Of a DNA stretch of 64,000 nt, positions 58,873-64,000 are shown one piece after another. The first letter of the stretch is position 1; the number at the start of each line of letters is the position of its first letter. A program made the translations under genes and the position numbers. The notes under the pieces were generated by a model. The model saw only the letters and a list, made by a program, of their open reading frames with translations. It had not been told where the DNA came from and ran no database searches. The stretch covers positions 384,001 through 448,000 of the forward strand of contig CAYPFW010000001.1 of assembly GCA_964410585.1 (NCBI GenBank), read 5' to 3'. The DNA is from an uncultured archaeon. GTDB lineage: Archaea > Aenigmatarchaeota > Aenigmatarchaeia > QMZP01 > JACQNV01.

Positions 58873-60891
58873 TTACTTTCCACCACTGCAGCCACAACCA
58901 CCATGTGAATCTTCAGCTTCTTCAGCCATGCCACCACCGCAGCACCCACCGCTTGGGGCTTTTCGTGGTTGGCTTACGCCGAATTTGGATGCGCCGCCTG
59001 TAAGCAAAGAAGTGATTGCAATCAAATCGTCTTTAGCTTGAGTATGGTTTGAGTGTCCACCTGCTCTTACTTTATCTTCATGATCCATTTCAGCATAACT
59101 CCAATCTGGCTCGATTTGTGGCTTTGTCAAAGTTTTCCTGCATTTGTTGTAGTTTGCGACAATTGTTTTCATTTCTTCTGGTGTGAATTTTCTGTGGTGT
59201 TTGTCTTGTTGCAAGCTTTTTCCTGTTTGTTGCTCCCATTGAGCTGCTGGAATACTGAACTTTCTTTGGATTTTGTCCCTATACATTTCTGGGATGACAT
59301 TGAATGTACAGAAAGGAACTATTTTTCCATCAGGTGTTGCGTAGTGGATGTCGCATTTGTGGATACGATCCAAGTCCCAGTTGTATGGATCTTGGAAGTG
59401 CATCATTCCGATGAACAAGCTGTTGTTGTGGAAGTCTGCTAGACCATGGTAGTTTCCTCCACCAACTGCACCTGACAAGATTTTTGTGAATTTTAAGTTC
59501 TTTGGCTTTTCTTTTTTGTCGACAAAGGAATTCAATTTCAACATTAGTTTAGATAAGACCCAATATTTTGTGATGCTTCTGTGACTTGAAGAATTCAATT
59601 CTTTTGTCAGCTCACCTAGATAATCGAAGAAGCCCTCTATGTCGAAGAATTTTGAAATTGGAACTAATTTGTTTTTATCAGTGTCTTTGAAAACATATGT
59701 TGCCATGCCGCATGCGAAGTGGATAGATAACCTATATTTTGGTTCTTGTTTGACTGCTTCAACGAAATCTGTTATCTGTTTTGCGCATGGAACTGGGAAC
59801 CAGTGTTCTCTTGCTATGTCACCGTCTGTTTGGGCCTCTATTCTTTTGATTGCACCTGGGATTGTTATTCTCTGCCTCATCCTTAGTTTTTCAGGCATTC
59901 TTCCGACAAGGGATACTGGCTGGAAATTGACTGAACGGACAACATGAATGTTTTGTTCACCAAAACGGATGATGTCGCCTAACTCATGATCATTGACTCC
60001 ACCAATAACTGTTGGAACCAAGACAACTCCTATACCTGCCTTATAACAGTTTTCCAAAGCGCCCTGTGCTTCCCAATAATTTTTTGGATCTGTTTGAGGT
60101 GTCATTCCATCAAACGACATGTAAAGGTTTGAGACACCAGCTGCTTTTAGCCTTGTGGCAAGTGTTGGATCGTGGCAGAGCCTGATACCGTTTGTGTTTA
60201 ATTGAACGTGACTGTAGCCGATTTCTTTTGCAGCTTGAACTATTTCTGGCAAGTCTTCTCTTAGAGTTGGCTCTCCGCCTGTGAATTGAACTGAGTTGCA
60301 GCCTACTGGCTTTTCATCTCTCATTCTCTGAAGCATGAACCTAATTTGTTTGACTGTTGGTTCGTAGATTGGCTCGCCTTCCTTTGCATAAAAGAAACAA
60401 TACCAACAAGTTAGGTCGCATCTGTTTGTAATAACTATATTTCCTAAACCCGTGTGAGATTCGTGCTCAACACAAAGACCACAGTCTGATGGACAGTCGA
60501 TTTGGAATTGGTCTTTGTCGATGTTAGGATTTAGAATTTTGATTCCTGGATCTTGGAATTTTTCAGCTTTCTTGTACATTTCATAATCGTCCCAGTAAAG
60601 CTCTTTTGTGATGCTGTGCTCTTGACATTCTTTCATTTGCCAGACTTTGTTTGATTTGACATAAACAACAGAATTAATTTTCATGTTCTCGAATTTTTCT
60701 TCGTCAACACAACCTGGGCATAAACTTTGTGTGAATTTTAGAACTTGGACATTTTCCCTGCCTTCTCTATCAATAAGAAGTTTTAGGAGGCTTTCCTTTG
60801 CTTCTGGAGAATAGTTTTTAACATAAGGTGTGACTGCTATTTGATTGACTTCTGTGACTGACTTAGCTTCTGTAAAAATTGTGTTGCCCAT
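58873..60891 (-). CDS. tes: Tetraether lipid synthase (Tes / GDGT-MAS) radical SAM enzyme
   Basis: TQSLCPGC..C.EH, CPSDCGLC.EH, NRCDLTCWYCF, NFQPVS, HFACG, CDIHYATPDG.IVPFC.FN. Confidence 0.88.
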   Translation of the reverse strand: MGNTIFTEAKSVTEVNQIAVTPYVKNYSPEAKESLLKLLIDREGRENVQVLKFTQSLCPGCVDEEKFENMKINSVVYVKSNKVWQMKECQEHSITKELYWDDYEMYKKAEKFQDPGIKILNPNIDKDQFQIDCPSDCGLCVEHESHTGLGNIVITNRCDLTCWYCFFYAKEGEPIYEPTVKQIRFMLQRMRDEKPVGCNSVQFTGGEPTLREDLPEIVQAAKEIGYSHVQLNTNGIRLCHDPTLATRLKAAGVSNLYMSFDGMTPQTDPKNYWEAQGALENCYKAGIGVVLVPTVIGGVNDHELGDIIRFGEQNIHVVRSVNFQPVSLVGRMPEKLRMRQRITIPGAIKRIEAQTDGDIAREHWFPVPCAKQITDFVEAVKQEPKYRLSIHFACGMATYVFKDTDKNKLVPISKFFDIEGFFDYLGELTKELNSSSHRSITKYWVLSKLMLKLNSFVDKKEKPKNLKFTKILSGAVGGGNYHGLADFHNNSLFIGMMHFQDPYNWDLDRIHKCDIHYATPDGKIVPFCTFNVIPEMYRDKIQRKFSIPAAQWEQQTGKSLQQDKHHRKFTPEEMKTIVANYNKCRKTLTKPQIEPDWSYAEMDHEDKVRAGGHSNHTQAKDDLIAITSLLTGGASKFGVSQPRKAPSGGCCGGGMAEEAEDSHGGCGCSGGK

Positions 60892-60981
60892 ATTTACCTC
60901 CAAGATTTAGAACTTTTAATAAGTATTAAAACTTGATTATAGTTTGTTTAGTAGTATATATAAAGGTATCTGTTGAAGAAG

Positions 60982-61058
60982 TATAACAGTGTTATATTTT
61001 TATCTGTCTGTATAACAACGTTATATGCTAATGCTTTGATATATATAACAGTGTTATA
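60982..61058. promoter_or_regulatory. Three TATAACAnYGTTATA operator candidates
   Basis: 60982-60996, 61011-61025 and 61044-61058 in the tes/Rieske divergent region. Confidence 0.7.
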
Positions 61059-61140
61059 TAGGCGCCATACAACAGTTTTAAAACAAAAGCTTTTATACCC
61101 AAGCACCAAGAAATACTCAATAGTTTCATGGGGTGGTTCT

Positions 61141-61443
61141 ATGAGTTATGTTTCAGCTGCTAAAATTAAGGATGTAAAAGAAGGTGAGGGAAAGACAGTT
61201 TCTGTAAACGGACAGGAAGTTGCTCTCTTCAACGTCGAAGGAAAATTCCATGCAATTGACAATTCATGTGTCCACAAAGGCGGACCTCTAGGCGAAGGCA
61301 TGCTTGAGGGTGATGTTGTGACTTGCCCTTGGCACGGTTGGAAATACAATGTCAAAACAGGTGTCTCTCCTGTAAAATCATCTGTCTCTGTAAAAGCATT
61401 CAAAACAAAAGTTGTTGGGGACGAGATTCAGGTTGAAGTTTAA
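61141..61443 (+). CDS. Rieske 2Fe-2S ferredoxin
   Basis: CVHKGGPL..G, VTCPWHGW. Confidence 0.93.
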   Translation: MSYVSAAKIKDVKEGEGKTVSVNGQEVALFNVEGKFHAIDNSCVHKGGPLGEGMLEGDVVTCPWHGWKYNVKTGVSPVKSSVSVKAFKTKVVGDEIQVEV

Positions 61444-61498
61444 CAAACAGAACTTTTCTAATCATGTGAATATTTAGATATTGGAATCGGCGATCCAA

Positions 61499-64000
61499 AT
61501 GAACCAAACACAAGACATACTAACCAAAGAAGAGGCAGTCAAAAGATCCAAAGCAATAAAAAACGTCCACTACAATCTCCAACTTTTTCTCAAAAAGAAA
61601 AGCAAAAAATATTCAGGGAAAACAGAAATCCAATTCGCATACCAAAAATCAAAAGATCCATTAAGAATTGACTTTATTGGTTCAATTAAAAACCTTCAAA
61701 TAAACAACAAAAAATCAGATTTCCAAAAAAATAACTTTTTCATTTTGCTCCCTTCTAAAAACCTAAAGGAGGGAAAAAACACAGTACACATCGAATATGA
61801 AAATGAATACAACCACACAGGCGATGGTTTGCACCAATTCTTCGATCCAGAAGACCAAACAGAATATTTGTACAGCAATTTTGAGCCATATGATGCACAC
61901 AGAATGTTCCCATGTTTTGACCAACCAGACTTAAAAGCAACATATAGCTTATCAGTCGAATCACCAAAAGAATGGAAAGTGATTTCAAACTCTCCACAAG
62001 ATAAGGTTTTAGAAAACAAAACCAAAACAACGGTTTTCAAAAAAACAAAACCTTTCAGCACCTACCTTTTTTTCGTTGCAGCAGGAAACTATTATGAATT
62101 TCAATCCAAACACAAATCAATAGACATGAAGGTCTTTTGCCGACAATCAATGAAAAAGTACATTAGGTACAAAGAAATATTTTTGGTAACAAAACAAGGC
62201 TTGGACTTTTATTCAAAATTCTTCGGATATCGCTACCCATTTGAAAAATATGATCAAATTTTTGTCCCAGAATTCAATAGCGGTGCAATGGAAAATCCAG
62301 GAGCAATCACATTCAGCGAAAGCTTAGTAACAAGGTACAAACCAACATACACAGAAAGGACAACGCTAGCAGATGTTATTTTGCACGAAATGGTCCACAT
62401 GTGGTTTGGTGACTTGGTGACAATGAAATGGTGGGACGACTTGTGGCTGAATGAGAGCTTTGCAGACTTTTTTTCATATTTCGGTTTAGTCGAAGCAACT
62501 GAATTCAAGGATGCTTGGCAAAATTTTTATTCCAGGAAGTTCTGGGCGTACTACCAAGACCAGCTTATCACAACACATCCAATAGCAACAGATGCCTCTG
62601 ATACAGACATAGCATTCAGCAACTTTGACGGAATAAGCTATGCAAAGGGTGCGGCAACATTAAAACAGCTTATGTTTTATTTAGGTGAAAATACGTTCAA
62701 ACGTGGCCTACAAAAATATTTTAAAAAATACCAATGGAAGAACACAGAACTGAAAGATTTCTTAGGCTGCATGACAGAGGCCGCTGGAATTGACTTGCAG
62801 GAATGGACAAAACTATGGATAGAAACAACAGGCGTCAATTCAATAGAACCATTGTTTGAGTTTGGAGAAGACGGCAAATTAAAATCGCTTTCAATAAAAC
62901 AAAATCCATCAACAGGGAACAATTTATTGAGGCCACACAAGACGCAGATAGGTTTATTTTCAGAAAAAAATGGGAAGTGTGAAAACGAAAAAACAATAAA
63001 CATTTTTTACAAGAATTCTTTAACAAGGGTTGATGAAGCAATAGGCCTTAAACCAGAACTTATTTTCTTGAATTACAATGACCACGATTATGTAAAGGAT
63101 ATTTTAGATGAAAATTCAATTTCATATTCTTTAAAAAACCTGGGAAAAATAAATGACAACCTAACCCGACAAATGATCCTTGGTTCACTTTGGCAGTTAG
63201 TCAGAGACTCAAAATTAGATCCAGAAAAATATTTGAATCTTATTTTAAATCACAGCCCTCAGGAAGAAAACCTATTGATTTTAGAAACCTTGGTTTCCAG
63301 GGCCCTGCAGCTAATCGGTTATTATGTAAACGACAGCAAATACTACTCATATTGTGAAAGACTCTATCAGCTTGGTTGGGAGAATATCAAAAAAGCCCCA
63401 AAGGAAAATAAGGATGCCTGGTTTTCCCTGATAGTATCAACATCAACTGGTGTAAATGACCAAACAAAACTTTACAGCCTACTGGAGGGGAAAATTAAGA
63501 TAGAAAACTTTGAATTTAACCAAGAGCAAAGATGGGACTCTATAATAAGATTATCAGCGTGCGGTTTCAATGAAATAGAAAAAATTATAGAAAAGGAATT
63601 GAAAAGAGACCCAAGCGATAAGGGTAGGAAATCTGCTTTCGAAGCAGAGGTGGCAAACATAAAAAATAAGGATAAAAATTGGAAGCTTTTTGTCGCTGGA
63701 AAGGGCCACTCTTTAGACTACTTGAGAACTGGCATGGGTGCATTTTTCTGGAGAAGACAAAAAGAAGACCTAAGAAAATACATTGATTTGTTTTTTGAAA
63801 ACATAGAAAAAGTCTTTGAAAAGCAGGAAAGGGTATACTCAAAAGCCTTTTACAGAAGTCTCTTCCCCTCAATCTATATTGAAGAGCAAATACTTGAAAA
63901 AGGGGGAAAACTTTTAGGGAAAACCATACCCCCACTTTTAAGGAAAAGTGTTTTGGAATCTTTGGACGAGTTAAAAAGAACAATGAAGATTAGACAAACT
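61499..64000 (+). CDS. pepN: Aminopeptidase N (M1), runs off the window end (not in ORF track)
   Basis: Open frame from ATG 61499: FPCFDQPDLKA, GAMEN, HEMVHMWFGDLVTMKWWDDLWLNE, FDGISYAKG. Confidence 0.92.
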   Translation, partial: MNQTQDILTKEEAVKRSKAIKNVHYNLQLFLKKKSKKYSGKTEIQFAYQKSKDPLRIDFIGSIKNLQINNKKSDFQKNNFFILLPSKNLKEGKNTVHIEYENEYNHTGDGLHQFFDPEDQTEYLYSNFEPYDAHRMFPCFDQPDLKATYSLSVESPKEWKVISNSPQDKVLENKTKTTVFKKTKPFSTYLFFVAAGNYYEFQSKHKSIDMKVFCRQSMKKYIRYKEIFLVTKQGLDFYSKFFGYRYPFEKYDQIFVPEFNSGAMENPGAITFSESLVTRYKPTYTERTTLADVILHEMVHMWFGDLVTMKWWDDLWLNESFADFFSYFGLVEATEFKDAWQNFYSRKFWAYYQDQLITTHPIATDASDTDIAFSNFDGISYAKGAATLKQLMFYLGENTFKRGLQKYFKKYQWKNTELKDFLGCMTEAAGIDLQEWTKLWIETTGVNSIEPLFEFGEDGKLKSLSIKQNPSTGNNLLRPHKTQIGLFSEKNGKCENEKTINIFYKNSLTRVDEAIGLKPELIFLNYNDHDYVKDILDENSISYSLKNLGKINDNLTRQMILGSLWQLVRDSKLDPEKYLNLILNHSPQEENLLILETLVSRALQLIGYYVNDSKYYSYCERLYQLGWENIKKAPKENKDAWFSLIVSTSTGVNDQTKLYSLLEGKIKIENFEFNQEQRWDSIIRLSACGFNEIEKIIEKELKRDPSDKGRKSAFEAEVANIKNKDKNWKLFVAGKGHSLDYLRTGMGAFFWRRQKEDLRKYIDLFFENIEKVFEKQERVYSKAFYRSLFPSIYIEEQILEKGGKLLGKTIPPLLRKSVLESLDELKRTMKIRQT

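Noticed and set aside
1-64000. rRNA, prophage or autonomous IS element
   Set aside because: No rRNA-like sequence, integrase, capsid or transposase motif was recognised.

Overview
AT-rich, compact archaeal chromosomal segment. Gene content and multi-intron tRNAs suggest a DPANN lineage such as Aenigmatarchaeota (inference). Core genes: exosome/proteasome superoperon (rnp3-rnp2-psmA-sbds-rrp4-rrp41-rrp42-rpl37ae-rpoP-pfdB), psmB-fttA, gatD, alaS, class I lysS, fen, pcn, rpl18e-rpl13-rps9, rps10, sepF and three intron-containing tRNAs, interleaved with orphan and bacterial-type genes. Main findings: (1) a pafA/dop-family gene directly downstream of a 58-aa Pro-rich ORF ending YINPEGE, the Y-x4-G-E terminus of Pup/UBact, i.e. 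a candidate pupylation-type tagging system in an archaeon; (2) a family of short palindromic repeat modules with compensatory base changes that nest inside each other, abut start/stop codons and also occur in tRNA introns; (3) a tetraether-lipid gene neighbourhood (GGR, Grs-like, Tes, IscA, Rieske) whose divergent promoter shares a 15-bp palindrome with a Cys-containing HTH regulator gene. All calls come from reading motifs by eye; no database searches were run.
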